DNA of 63,891 bases, the filler included, from Sluysia triapertura (lineage: Eukaryota), in the NCBI GenBank assembly GCA_046118255.1. It is 5 parts of 5 records of this genome, joined end to end, with 100 filler letters (N's around TTAATTAATTAA, not from the genome) between each part and the next. Parts side by side here need not be neighbours in the genome. Positions count along the whole stretch, not along the records: positions 40,662 to 52,702 come from JBJNIA010145610.1; positions 52,803 to 63,891 come from JBJNIA010189054.1; 3 more parts are not named here. One strand, written 5' to 3'. The stretch's first letter is position 1. Every line of letters begins with the position of its first letter. Under the pieces are notes generated by a model. The model did no database searches, had not been told where the DNA came from, and saw nothing but the letters and a program-made list of their open reading frames with translations. This document shows positions 42,261-54,718 of this stretch, one piece after another. The translations under genes and the position numbers were made by a program.

Positions 42261-42754
42261 AACGCTGGATCATTCCGTAATATCTCCAATATGGTTAGAT
42301 GTTTTCTTGTTCCTTTAAATGCAAAGTGCAAGTATTTTGATGAGTGACGGTATTTCAGTATAATATGTCTATCTTCAACAGGTAAAATATCGGACAGGTA
42401 AAACCAGACAGGGTCCTTTAGTTCACTATTAATATAATTTTCGTATATAACCCATGCGCTAAAGTTAAGTCTGGCAGGTTTCAAACATGCAAATTTGGCA
42501 TGAATGTTTTCATTCAATATTTTAACTTTTACTTCATTGTCTCTATTATAGAATTCAAAATATTCCGTTTTAAAAGATTGTTCGTGACATTGAACTACTG
42601 TAATTATGGTAATCAAAATTAAAGGTATAAGATTTTTATTGTTTGCGGGAACCCGTATTTTCTTACCTATTTGGTACACATAGAGTATAGTCCAAAATAT
42701 GTATAGTAACGTAAAAGTTAGTAATATTATAAAGAATTTATAAGATTGTTCCAT
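42227..42754 (-). CDS. Element-borne membrane protein (TM, signal-like segment, ~115 aa domain)
   Basis: FFIILLTFTLLYIFWTILYVY then LIPLILITIITVVQC. Confidence 0.6.
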   Translation of the reverse strand: MEQSYKFFIILLTFTLLYIFWTILYVYQIGKKIRVPANNKNLIPLILITIITVVQCHEQSFKTEYFEFYNRDNEVKVKILNENIHAKFACLKPARLNFSAWVIYENYINSELKDPVWFYLSDILPVEDRHIILKYRHSSKYLHFAFKGTRKHLTILEILRNDPALVILIVRQYYS

Positions 42755-42786
42755 TGTACCGTTTGCAGTTGAATTGTTTAAATTAC

Positions 42787-43248
42787 CTATTGATTTTTTA
42801 ATCGTGCCATAATCAGATAAGGTGTCTGTATTTTCGTTGTTTCCTCGTTTCGCAACTGATCTATTTGCTTAATAAATTTCTGAATATCCCGTGTATTTCT
42901 TGGAGTGTCAAAAGAGAAAGTTATTAGCATTGGTCTATAACCGTAATCTAGACAATGTGGGATACCGTCTAAATGATATGGCTTTCCCAATAATAATTGT
43001 TTCAAATAGATACAATAGATTTCGAATTTGTGTCCAAGAATCATTTTCTTAGAAATGAATTCGAATTTCCAATATTGATTGTAAATATCAGTAATCATTA
43101 TTTTCTGTTCCCTGCCATGATTTATAGCTATATTCATATTTTTATATTCTTCGTCCGTTTCTGTTGCCATGACATTAGTTACAAGTGATAGAAAAATCAC
43201 AATTAAGATAGAAAACCAACAAGTTATTTTCCCAAAACGATTTTTATT
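42787..43248 (-). CDS. Element-borne ORF with signal-peptide-like N-terminus
   Basis: Open frame KNRFGKITCWFSILIVIFLSLVTNVMA-TETDEEY..., overlapping the end of the protease ORF. Confidence 0.55.
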   Translation of the reverse strand, partial: NKNRFGKITCWFSILIVIFLSLVTNVMATETDEEYKNMNIAINHGREQKIMITDIYNQYWKFEFISKKMILGHKFEIYCIYLKQLLLGKPYHLDGIPHCLDYGYRPMLITFSFDTPRNTRDIQKFIKQIDQLRNEETTKIQTPYLIMARLKNQ

Positions 43249-43908
43249 AAGACAGTTTCTTCATTATGGTATCCTGAATATATGAACTGATTTCTGAATC
43301 CGAATTCTCTTCTGGTGTAATTGATGATGGTGAATCCCATGACACGTCTGATAAATGAAGTGTAGATTCGACGATGTCAGGTAATGGTAAGTCTGGAACT
43401 TGTAATGGTGGATTTGACATTGGCATTTGATATAGAGTTAATTCATCACCAACCTGTGGAACTAATAGTTGCGGTCTAATCATGTTTGAACCTGGTGGTT
43501 TTTTTATAAATCCATATTTGCTGTGAATAACCATATCTTCCAATTTGTTGATAACATCCATTCCCAGTATTAATTCATATGGGCTATTATCCCAAACATT
43601 TACTAAAGTTTGTACCTATTGTCCTAATATTTTTATATAGCATGATAGAGTTCCACTGATATTTATAGGTGTTTGATTTACATTATATGTTATTAAACTT
43701 GGTCTGTTTGGGAATATTTATGAACCACAGTAATAGTAGCGCCGGTATCTACAATTGTTCTAACCCATCGTCCATTAAATCGTACATTTTGCATTATATG
43801 AGCTAAGTCATTTCCATGAGAATTCATCATAAATACCACTTGTTTATTTCTTGGTGCATGAATTGAGGGCGGTTTATCTTGATCCTTATGTCTTAGTTGA
43901 ACCTTCAA
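43247..43908 (-). pseudogene. Retropepsin-like aspartic protease plus Pro/Ser-rich tail
   Basis: VRFNGRWVRTIVDTGATITVV ... YELILGMDVI; interrupted by stops/frameshift. Confidence 0.85.
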
Positions 43909-43968
43909 TTTTGATTTTTGTACCTTTCTATTTCTTAAATTGTACTCTTCTTTTGGTGCAATTTTACA

Positions 43969-44660
43969 TCAATTAACGTGTATTACGAATGTTTCGGAAT
44001 TAATTTTGTTAGGATCTTTAACAAACACATTTGTATCGTTAACTTTTGTTATTAAATAAGGACCTTTAAATGGTTTATGCAGTTTAGGTGAATGTCCGGG
44101 TTTAGTTATTGGATAATATATTAATACTTCATCACCTATTTTAAAAGTGTGTTCCTTCACTGTTTTATCGTATACATCTTTATATATTTCTTGAGAATAT
44201 TTAATTTGAAGACCTGCACGTTTCCATGCATCTTGTAATTGTTCTCTCATTGTTGTTGCATATTCCGGAATTTCCAAGTATTGTGAGGTTCCAAATCCAC
44301 TGGCATATTAGAATGTCTGCCGTACATTAAATAGAATGGAGTAAAATTGGTTTCTGGATGTACAGAACCCTTGTAATCAAAAAGACATGGCGCTATATAT
44401 AAGTCCCAGTCAGTCTGTCTATCGTTTACATAAGATTGAATCATATTAATAAGAGTTCTGTTGAAACGTTCCACTTATCCGTCAGTTTGTGGATGGTAAG
44501 GTGATGTGTAAATTCGAAGAATATTAAAGATTTGATTACATCACTGGTAAAGTTAGTTCCTTGATCTGTTAATAATTTTCTAGGAGTTCCATATCTGTAA
44601 ATTATCTTTTCTACCAATATTTGAGCCACCGTTTCGGCTTTTTGATTAGGTTTTTGGTTA
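43969..44660 (-). pseudogene. Gypsy-type DDE integrase core plus GPY/F domain
   Basis: AETVA, YGTPRKLLTDQGTNF, TSPYHPQTDG*VERFNRTL, TPFYLMYGR, FKIGDEVL, KLHKPFKGPY, IHVN. Confidence 0.95.
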
Positions 44661-45279
44661 ATGTGCGGATTTTGGACCACCAGGTACGTTTATCCGCGAG
44701 GCTTCCAGTGAGCCACTGAAGTGCTTGTGTTAGGTTTCCGTCACAACCCTACAAAATAATTTTAAGATGTCATAATGACACCTATTTAAAACTATTTAAA
44801 GTTACAAAAAAAATCGTTTGAAACCATGGAAAATATTTTAAAATCCTTTATTAATCCTTAAAATTATTTAAAAAACAATTATTTTCCAAAAAATAAATCA
44901 TTTTTCCTAAAAAAGAAAATAAAAATTCTAAAAAAGAAAATTAGCTTATATAAATAGCTTCTATATTCTAGAACATTCCATCGATTTTCACTGGATGATG
45001 ACTAGTATATAAACTAGCATCAATACAATGAAAATCGCCATTTTTAAAATCTTTATTAGTCAGTCGTTAAAAAATTTATCACGTGACGCAGTTATTCGCA
45101 TTCGTAACAAAGCAGTTCGAAATCAATTAACAGTAAATGCCATTCAAATCTACGCTAGTTAAATATTCAAAGGATATTGGAAAGATTATTCATTCGGATT
45201 TTTTGATCAGTTACAATCCATGCAAAAAGTAATTTGTTTGTGTTAAGATTGGTATTAGTTTTGATTAAGGAAACTAATA

Positions 45280-46704
45280 TCACAAAATACACTTAAAATC
45301 ATATTCTGTTATTTGACACCAATTTAGTATGGTTTTTATGAAATTGCTTAATATTACTTTTAGATTAGTAAAATCATTTATTGAATTTAATATTCTTTCG
45401 TACAGAAAATTGTTAGATCTGATTACTAAATTTAAATAAACTTCGTTATTATTATTAAAATTTTTAATAGGTATTAAATATTTAAAATTATCAAATAATT
45501 TACAAAAAAACAATTTACGTAAATAAACAAAAGACATGTAAAAAACTCTGAAGAGATTTATTTTTTATTAAAGCATGAATTATTAATTTTGTCACTATAT
45601 CTCTGTGTACATCACGAGTTCCATCTTCTAATCGATCGTCTAAACAAAAAAATTGGATATCCAATTTATGAAAAATTTTAGTAATATAAAAATTTACATT
45701 CTTCGGTCTCGAATAGTATATACCTAGTTTGCCAATCTTCATAATTCCGATTCTCCAATGGTTGAGTAATGAACGAGTTTGTTAGTGGTTCTACTGGTCT
45801 AGTAAGTGAAAAGATAAGCGTAAGCTCTGATGTTACACGCATTTCATACAAAGCTTTGATCATTAAATTTACTTCTATGCAATCCTTACGACCCTATTTT
45901 ACATATATATATATCAACGAAGTTAAATATTTCATGACTTCTAGAATCAGTATCATCTTGGAGTGATTTAATAATCTTTAATTTTGTTCAAGCATTTGCT
46001 TTCTTTTTATAAACATAACTTTAATTTTAATACGCTTAAATGAATAATGATGATATAATGATTTGGGAATGTAAACCACTTGATACACAATTGACTGAAA
46101 AAATAGACTGTCTTCTTCATTATCATTAACTAAAACATATTTGTTGGATCTTTTAGACTTTCTATACAACCCAGTAAGTACACTTACAGATTAATGGTAC
46201 TATATCGACTATTATAAGCTGAATTTATTAGTAGTTCTGATATAATAATTGGTTTTATCATGTTTGTGTATTTATAACATTTGAGAAATCTTAATCGCCA
46301 TAAAAAATTTAAAATTTGAACCGATACAATGATCAACTTAATTAACTCTGCATTTGACTCTAATTTTAATTTTTTAATTATATCACGATTCCCATGGGTA
46401 CATTATAGTAGTTAGTACGACTATGATCATTTGATGAGGATATTGATTTACAATTTTTCAAGCATTTAGATGCTAACCAAATCTTAACAAAAGTAAACAG
46501 TTTTGCCACTGTGCGTGAATATCTTGAATCATTAAACCAAAATTTTTTATTGTAGGATTCTATAAACAAAGTCTCACTAAGACACTGCCTAATTTCCAGT
46601 ACATTTGATGCATTATATAAAAAACTTATAGTCGTTGCATTGTTTCTCTTGAATTTAGCTTTGATAATAACTATTTGATGATCCGGAATTTGAGAATAAA
46701 ACAT
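45280..46704 (-). other. Cluster of intronless, overlapping orphan ORFs (probable decayed element cargo)
   Basis: Five same-strand ORFs of 61-108 aa, three overlapping as if frameshifted; no recognisable domain. Confidence 0.35.
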
Positions 46705-47906
46705 ATCTATAATGATTTTTAATTTTTTGTCTCACTTTTGTAATGTCTAATTTTTTTGTTTATTTTTAGAATTTTATTTTGTGTTAGATGATCGGTAATT
46801 GGTCATCCAACCAAAATTGTTTATCTGGAAATTTATAAACTTGATTCTGGTTGGATGGCCAGTAACATTGAGGCGAAATTTGCAATTACAACAAAAATGA
46901 CTGCTGTGAATGATTAGCCATCATCAGTGCTGACATAAATGTAACGACAGTAATGAACAGTGTCAACACTGGTGATGATAGTAACAATTTTTAATGGTTA
47001 GATTATTGAATTAAACGAAATATATGAGATTTTATAATAATAATAATAACATTAATGTTGTTATCATTATTAATGTTATTTTACTAAGAAAATGTTTTAA
47101 AATGCATAAATCTCTTGTTTCTTTTACAAAACATGATCTTCCTTTAAATATTCTAGGTTTCTTGACATATTGCAATATCTTTAAATGTGTTATGAACTAA
47201 AATCTCTGAATAAAGATTAGTTTAAATGAAATTTATATATGTAGTTGACGTCTCTAGGTTTTATAGTATTTCTTATACAATATAATGAAATGCGGAACAC
47301 TAGAATGAACTTTTAGATATTGACTTATGTTTTTGATTGAGAATAATATTTGAATATGGGAAGATCGTGAATGAAAGACCTGTTGAGAAGAGCGTAGTTT
47401 GGTAAGCGTGAAAAGGTAAATTATAATACAACTCTTGATATATTTGAATGGTTATAGTGCACTGTTTTACGTGATTTGTTTTCTTGTTGTTTTGAATGTT
47501 ATTGTCTTTTGTGTTGTTAGTAGTTATGTAATGATAAATGATGGATTTAAAGTGTTGTAATTGACTCGAAGGTATCGAGTAGATAATTTCGAATGTAGTT
47601 GTTGTTTGATTTCAGGTTTACAGAAAGTTTTAGGAATATTTATAACCTATATTAAAAAGTATCGGTATATAAGTGACACCGATATGATTTTGATTTATTT
47701 GTTTTTATTTTTATATCTAAGGTAAATTACATAAAATATTTAAGAAAATATTAATAATTAATATTTATCTATGCCTTAATATTACATATTATGCTAGTGA
47801 AAAATAATAAAAGGGTTTTTTATACATTGCATTTAGTAAAACATATTTGACATATTTATATTTTAAGAATAATTATAATAATCTATATATTTTTTTATAA
47901 TTTAAA

Positions 47907-50900
47907 ATGAAAGTGGATTTGATATGGAGTGGTATCGTTTATGATAAAGACAAATCAGAGAAATGGTAAGATAACTTATAAATAAGTTTTTAAGTATATT
48001 TCAGTATATGGGATGCTAGTTTTAGTCCGAACGGTGAAAAAATCATAATTGCGACTGAAAAACTTGTGATTGTTTATAATTCATCTGATGGTTCAAAAAT
48101 CAAAATCCTAAAAAACCATCGTAGTTTAGTATATTGTGTTAGCTTTTCGGCAGATGGTAATACATTTGCAAGTGGTTCTGCGAATGGAGCAGTAATTTTA
48201 TTTAACAGTGAAAATTATGAAGCAATATTAAAATTTGTGTATAATTATATTTTTATTAACTTTTTTAAAGTTTAAGTAATGCAATTCAATGTTTGTCATT
48301 TAATCCAATCACCAATATATTGATAAGTGGTGCTGTAACTGAGTTTGCTTTATGGACACCAGAACAAAAGGCAATTACAAAAGTAAGAGTATCTGCTAAA
48401 GTAACTTGTTGTAATTGGACTACGGATGGTCAGTATATGGCATTAGGTTTATATAATGGTACAATTAGCATACGAAATAAGGTATTTTAATTTTGTTAAT
48501 TATTTAATAAGAATGGAGAAGAAAAAGTAAAACTCGAAAGAAGTGGTGGTGCAAATATGCCTGTTTGGACTTTGGAATGGACTAGGTAATCTCTTTTTAT
48601 TATATATGTTAAAAATAGGGCAGACCAGGTTGACATTTTAGCTGTTGGAGATTGGAGTCAAAAGTTGACGTTTTATCAATTAACCGGTAAAAAAGTAAGA
48701 TATTGCACTGATTTAACATTTTAAAGGTAGTTTATTCTGATGGTACAACTGATGTACAGTTAGCTTTAAAACAAAGGGTACTATAATTTTTCGTTTGAAA
48801 TCATTTTTGATTTACAAATGAACCTCATTAATAAATGATAATAGTTTTATTTTTCAGTAATTATAAAATACTTTGTAACTTCGATTGACGACAAAAATAT
48901 CTAACATAATTAAAGGTTCGTTTGTTTTCAAGTTCAGTTTCAATTTGATTTTACATGACAAATTTAATGATATAGGTAATTAGAAGAAATGTTAGGTTAT
49001 TGTATTATTTAATTTAAGTTTTTGTTCATACTAATTTATTTTATCAATATTTTTCAATAATGATAGCAAAACATAGCTTTAATTCTTTCGGCGCAGTTGT
49101 CTCAATTGTCTCAATCGCCTTTGATGAGAAAACGTAAGTAATCATAATGTACGTTCCATTCGCTAGATAAAGCTCTAGTTTATTTATTAAGAGATAAACA
49201 TTTAAAATTTAAAATATGTTTTATTAGTACTCTGGACTGGCCAAAACTTCATTCTTAATATATATTTTAAGATACTTCATTAAACTTATTATATAGTCTC
49301 ATTCTGTATAATATTCTGCACCACATATTCATACAAAACAACCTAAATGTATAGAAGTATAACTATAATTAATTAATTTTCTCTTGTATTTGTTGAACGA
49401 CAATTCTATCATGTACTTCGAATTGTTTTAAAAATATTTTTTCTGTTGAGAATGTATTATTTTCAATCCACTGATTTATTAACTGACGTACCTGTTCAAT
49501 TTGTGTACGCTTACAAAACAAGCTATATATTACAATCTTCACATAAACAGTGAAACGATTGCCACTTATTTGTCTTTATTATTTTATAAACAAATATTTC
49601 TTTTAACTAATACCGAATCGATTAAAATTCGAAATTCTATCTATCCTAACGGAAGGATGAAAGTGAAGTTTAACTATATTAAAAGTAAGTCTAAAGTTAA
49701 CTGAGTAAGTTTTATTTACCATAATAAATATAATTCGACTACGATGATTATAAATATACAAAATGTAACAGATAAAACATTTAATGTTAGGCACTTAATG
49801 CTTTGTTTAAATATATGAATATAAGTGAAAAGTCATAATTTATTTTTAAGTTTTGTAACAAAAATTATTGTATAACGAGCTTTGAAAATCATTTAATAAA
49901 ATTTCAGATTTATTTTGGACTTATAATTTAGCAAAATAAGATAGGTTTCAAGACATTCTCAAACACAGTATTGACTGAAATATCGTGAACTTGCGCCAAA
50001 TAAGTGAGATATAGAATAACATTTAAATTTAAATTTATTTTGCAAAACTCAGTAGTAAACATAGTAAATAAAAAGATAAAATTATTAAATAATATAATTA
50101 ATTATTATTGTTGTTAGTGTTCTAGCAACCTTATTTCGAAACTATGTGTGTAACTTAGTCAATATTCGAAATCTTATTTTTCATATGACGAATCAGCATT
50201 TAAAAGTAAAATAATGGTAACATTAATGAATAGTTATTACATTTCTACTGACAATAAAAATAGTAATAATAATAATAATAGCAAAAATATATTAATTATT
50301 AAATCTTAAAAGCTTCCCCCGAAAGCAGGGTAAATTAATGTTTTCAAAACCAAATGTGTCATTGATATTTCATAAAGAATGCCGTTTGTTATCATTGGCC
50401 AGAGTAAGGTTTTTGGAATAACCGGAACATGGTCTGGAGCTTGAGTTGAGTCAGCAGACACAGCAAGTTCTGACTGACGGATTTCTGGGTACCGGGAAAA
50501 AATATGATTCATATAGATCCGATATGACATCTTCAGCACTCCAGTAGAAATTTCAACCAGCAATTTGTTTATTGCCGATTTACCGAACTCAAAAGTCCTA
50601 GGAATGCTAATGTTATCAGGATGTATTGTGCCAATAACCGGAAAAGATGAGTAAATACCGAATAAATACTTAATTACAAAGCATTATTAATATTAAATAT
50701 AAATATTTGTTACCTTGTAGTCTAGTTTGGAAATTTTTAACTATTCGTCTTCTAATCAACGTTTTGTATTTAAATGTGCATATTTTGTAAAAATATTTAC
50801 ATATTTTAAGAATTAAGTAACCTAAAATAATAGTAATTCAATAACATTAAATAATAAATAATAAATAAAAGATTTATGTATTATAAATATCTAATAAAAA

Positions 50901-51867
50901 TGTTTTGTTTAATTGTTTTAGATTGGTAAAGAAATAAATCTAAATTTTGATCCTTGTCGTGTGTCATGGATGCGTAATAATTATTTGTTAGTTGCTGGAT
51001 CCAACAAAACGTTACAGCTTTATTCAAAAGATGGCATCAAATTAGACGATATTTATGAAACAAAATCTTGGATATGGTGCTGTAAAGCGAAGCCAAAAGA
51101 TGAAAATCGTGTAGTTAGTTTAGGTTTTAAATTAAAGTTTTTATCTGACAATTAAAGGTTCATAATATTGGCATATAAAAATAATTATACAATTAATACT
51201 AATAATAGCAGTAGAAATAGAAATAGAAATAATTGTAATAATAGTAATATTAACAATTATAAGTAATATAATTATAATAATAATTATGTGATAGTTCTAA
51301 ATTAGTGGACAAATATCCAAATAAATCTTCAATATTGTTAAAAGAAAACCTTTTGTCACTAATCAATATAAACCAAATAATCGTAAAATTTTGTAACAAT
51401 GAACATTCTTAATTTAACGTATTTTCATTATTGTAAGTCATTATCATGGATATTGTGCGGAAAAGGAGAAATGTATTGTTAATTGCTAATAAAATCTTAC
51501 TTGGAAGATTAACTGAAAGTGAATCATAATCAGAATTTTGTTATAATCAATCATAGTCAGAAAATGAACCAGAATGCTTTGACATTGAAAGTATTGTAAT
51601 TTAAAGCTAAAGTATATGCTAAATAAAGCAGTGAACACCCTCTCTGGTCATTCATTGACTTTAATTAGGCATCTTAATCGACTATCAACTAAGTCTTAAA
51701 TTAGAATAATCCTGAAACATCATACGAGTCTTATTTTAGGGGAAGCAGTATAGATTTTAACTAGATGTTATTAACAATAACAACATTTTTAGATTTCCAT
51801 ATTCTTATACAAAATATTGGATTGAATAATAAATATTTATTTTCTAATAAAAATAAAAGGAATAAGA

Positions 51868-51928
<61 letters not shown>

Positions 51929-52105
51929 TAATAATAATGAAAATAAATACTTTATAATTTATTTAGTTAATATGTGGTCAAGACGGAACATTAAATTATC
52001 TACAAATTCAATTTTTAATGATTCATAGTTTGTATAGAGATCGATATGCTTTCAGAGATGGGATGACAGATGTTATTATTCATCATTTAGTTACAGATCA
52101 AAAAG
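47907..52105 (+). CDS. IFT122: Intraflagellar transport protein 122, N-terminal WD40 region; exons 47907-47965, 48005-48238, 48271-48481, 48512-48585, 48619-48694, 50922-51113, 51967-52105; 3' part missing
   Basis: [95 protein letters not shown]; all splice phases consistent. Confidence 0.97.
50306..50650 (-). mobile_element. Probable Gypsy pol fragment (region of the integrase zinc finger) in IFT122 intron 5
   Basis: GC-richer open frame GVL..YR...VIPKTL...ILYE...HL..KTL. Confidence 0.4.
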
Positions 52106-54059
52106 GTATGGTTTCAAATTATTAGTTTTAATTTATTTTATGAAATTTAATATTAATTATTTATCACCATTTTCATATAAATAATATTAATTTCTTAAAT
52201 TTTTATTTTCTCTCTGTGTGTGTGTTGGATGGAGATTTCATTAATTATAAAATAATACAAGGACCTTTAAATAAACCTTTATCTTCGTGATAACATTTTT
52301 TCTTCAAGTGTTTGTGCATGTATAAGTCACACTAGAACTTTTTGGAAGTTATGTATAGAAGATCCCAAGGAAAACTTGATGATGCCTTGAAAATATTGAT
52401 ATTGTATGTGAAATATAAAGTTTTAGATTGTTTTAGAAAAATGGCAAAATGTTTACTATTGTTTCTTTGCAAGATTTTTCAATCTTCTGTCGTAATAACA
52501 ATTTATTATATTATAAATGACAAAACTTCATTATAAAGCATGTTAGAATAAAAGTATACAAAATGTTCAAATAAATTTCAATAAAAATTACTACTTAATT
52601 AAAAAATAAGTAGTAATTGATACTTAATAGATTAATTAAAACAAATTCAAAATTTTAAATAATATAATAGAAATTACGATTAAAATCTTTTATTGTCATT
52701 TANNNNNNNNNNNNNNNNNNNNNNNNNNNNNNNNNNNNNNNNNNNNTTAATTAATTAANNNNNNNNNNNNNNNNNNNNNNNNNNNNNNNNNNNNNNNNNN
52801 NNTAATAATACAATAATAATAATGTAAAAATTATGAAAAATTTGTAATATATCCAATTATTCTCTACGTTGAGTTCTTATGTCTCAAATGAGTGTCAATA
52901 ATTATATACCACCATTAATTCACTTAACTTGTTTAAAAGTTTAACTTAATCTAAATACTTATCTTTAATGTCGTGAATCTTATACTTGTCTCAGTTGTTC
53001 GTAAAAGTTTTCTTGAATTAAATTTCTATTTTTACAGAGTCAATTGAACTTTATTTAATTTATATTAATTTATGAATCATATTGGATTATCTCTTTATTT
53101 GGTAAACTTTACTTTGTTTTACGAAGCTTCAGTTTATCTTATAACACTGTATTTTGTTTCGTAAAACTCTATCTTACTCCTAAAAAACTATGTTATTTCT
53201 ACAGAACTTTATTTCTCAAAGATCTTTTTTATTTTGCATCAACTTTGTTTTATCGTAACTTTTAATTTATTTCCCAGAGGCTTTATTATATTTAAAACCT
53301 ATTTTTTTCAATCCTTTTAATATGAATAAAATATGATTAATATGATTAACTTTTACAAATGAATGTTAAAATTATATTATATTATTATATTATATTAAAC
53401 TAAAAAACATTTAAAATATGCAGAAAAAAAAAATTTAACAAAATATTTGCTTAATTCGGAGTTAGTTAAACCTTCTTCATTAATAACCGCTATATATTCC
53501 GCGATTAATCTCGATCAATAACAACAATGTATTCAGCGAAAAATCTCGAAAAATAACCAAAACGTAAGTTTTTGTACTGTCTTTACTTTATTGCTATACG
53601 AAAATTTTAGTGACATTACAGTTTTAGTTTCATTAGTCTTGGTTTTGCATTTGGATCATTTTAGTTTTGTTGTGTTCCGTGATCATAATTAATAAGTGAC
53701 TTTTTGTGTGCTGCGTTGGCACCATTTATTAGAAATTATTTTATACGATAAATAGTTGTAGTGACCTTTTTTGCATCGAAGTAATTTAAAAGTTTGCTTA
53801 TTTCAATATCTTTTCTATTATATTAATATTAAAGGCTTTTTATTCTCAGAACAGAATAAAAATATATTAAATTTTATAATTTTAATCATAAAATGATTTA
53901 TATACACCAATCTTAGGTTTGACTGTACTTCTTATTGTACCTTAATATTGTGTCGTTTTTTGATGTTTATTTTCGGTTCTACTGAATGATTAGGTACGCT
54001 TAGTTCCAGTCTACATCATCCATACCCTGATTTTCATTTTCTTTGTTCATTTGTTTTTC

Positions 54060-54420
54060 AAGGCTTTTCAAGGCCACTATTGGAGAAAGAATTTGGAAGC
54101 ATAATCAATTACCAAATTTGAAACGTTGAAAACAAAAGTAGGGTAATACCGTGAATTAAACAGAAATGGTTCATAAAGGTAAATATGATCTGGAAGACAT
54201 GCCTCGTTCTGGATGACCAATGATTTTGGATGAAGGAAACTTTCATCCAGCCATAGTCCAAATATCGCTCCTCCATCTGAGTCATTCGATGAAGTTGAAG
54301 AAGCTTGTTAAGAATTTTTCGATTCAAAACCGATTGAGCAATACTGTAACCAAATCCAAAACCTCCGGAAGTTGCTTGAAGGCCATATGCAATGTTTAGT
54401 TGTTGTTTTTGAATATATTT
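54060..54420 (+). mobile_element. Internally deleted mariner remnant
   Basis: QKWF, DLEDMPRSG*P, SPNIAP, FDEVEEAC*EFFDSKP. Confidence 0.7.
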
Positions 54421-54718
54421 TTCCATAAAAATCATTATTTTAGCACTCTCTTTTATTAACTCATTTAAGTTTTCTCTAAGGTCAAAATTTAGAAAATATC
54501 ATTTTCAACACAAAAAATTGTTTTGTCATTGATTGGTAAATGTATGAAAGTAAAACTAATAAATATATAATTGTTGCTCAATTTTTATTGATTAAAAGAA
54601 AAAGAAAAACTATGTTTTAAAGATTATCCTTCAAAATTAATCCAATTATAATTTTTATAATTAATTACGCATTGAATTAATTAATTGAACTGTTTGTTTT
54701 ATAACTTAATTAATTTAG

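Larger units (their letters stand above)
40700..44660 (-). mobile_element. 3' half of a Ty3/Gypsy-type element: integrase, aspartic protease, membrane-protein cassette, structured 3' region
   Basis: See component features; 5' part (gag/RT/RH) is absent. Confidence 0.85.

Noticed and set aside
40700-46704. Polinton/Maverick or Ginger element
   Set aside because: No pPolB, ATPase, capsid or TIRs seen; the protease is aspartic rather than adenoviral cysteine type. Cannot be fully excluded because RT is absent here
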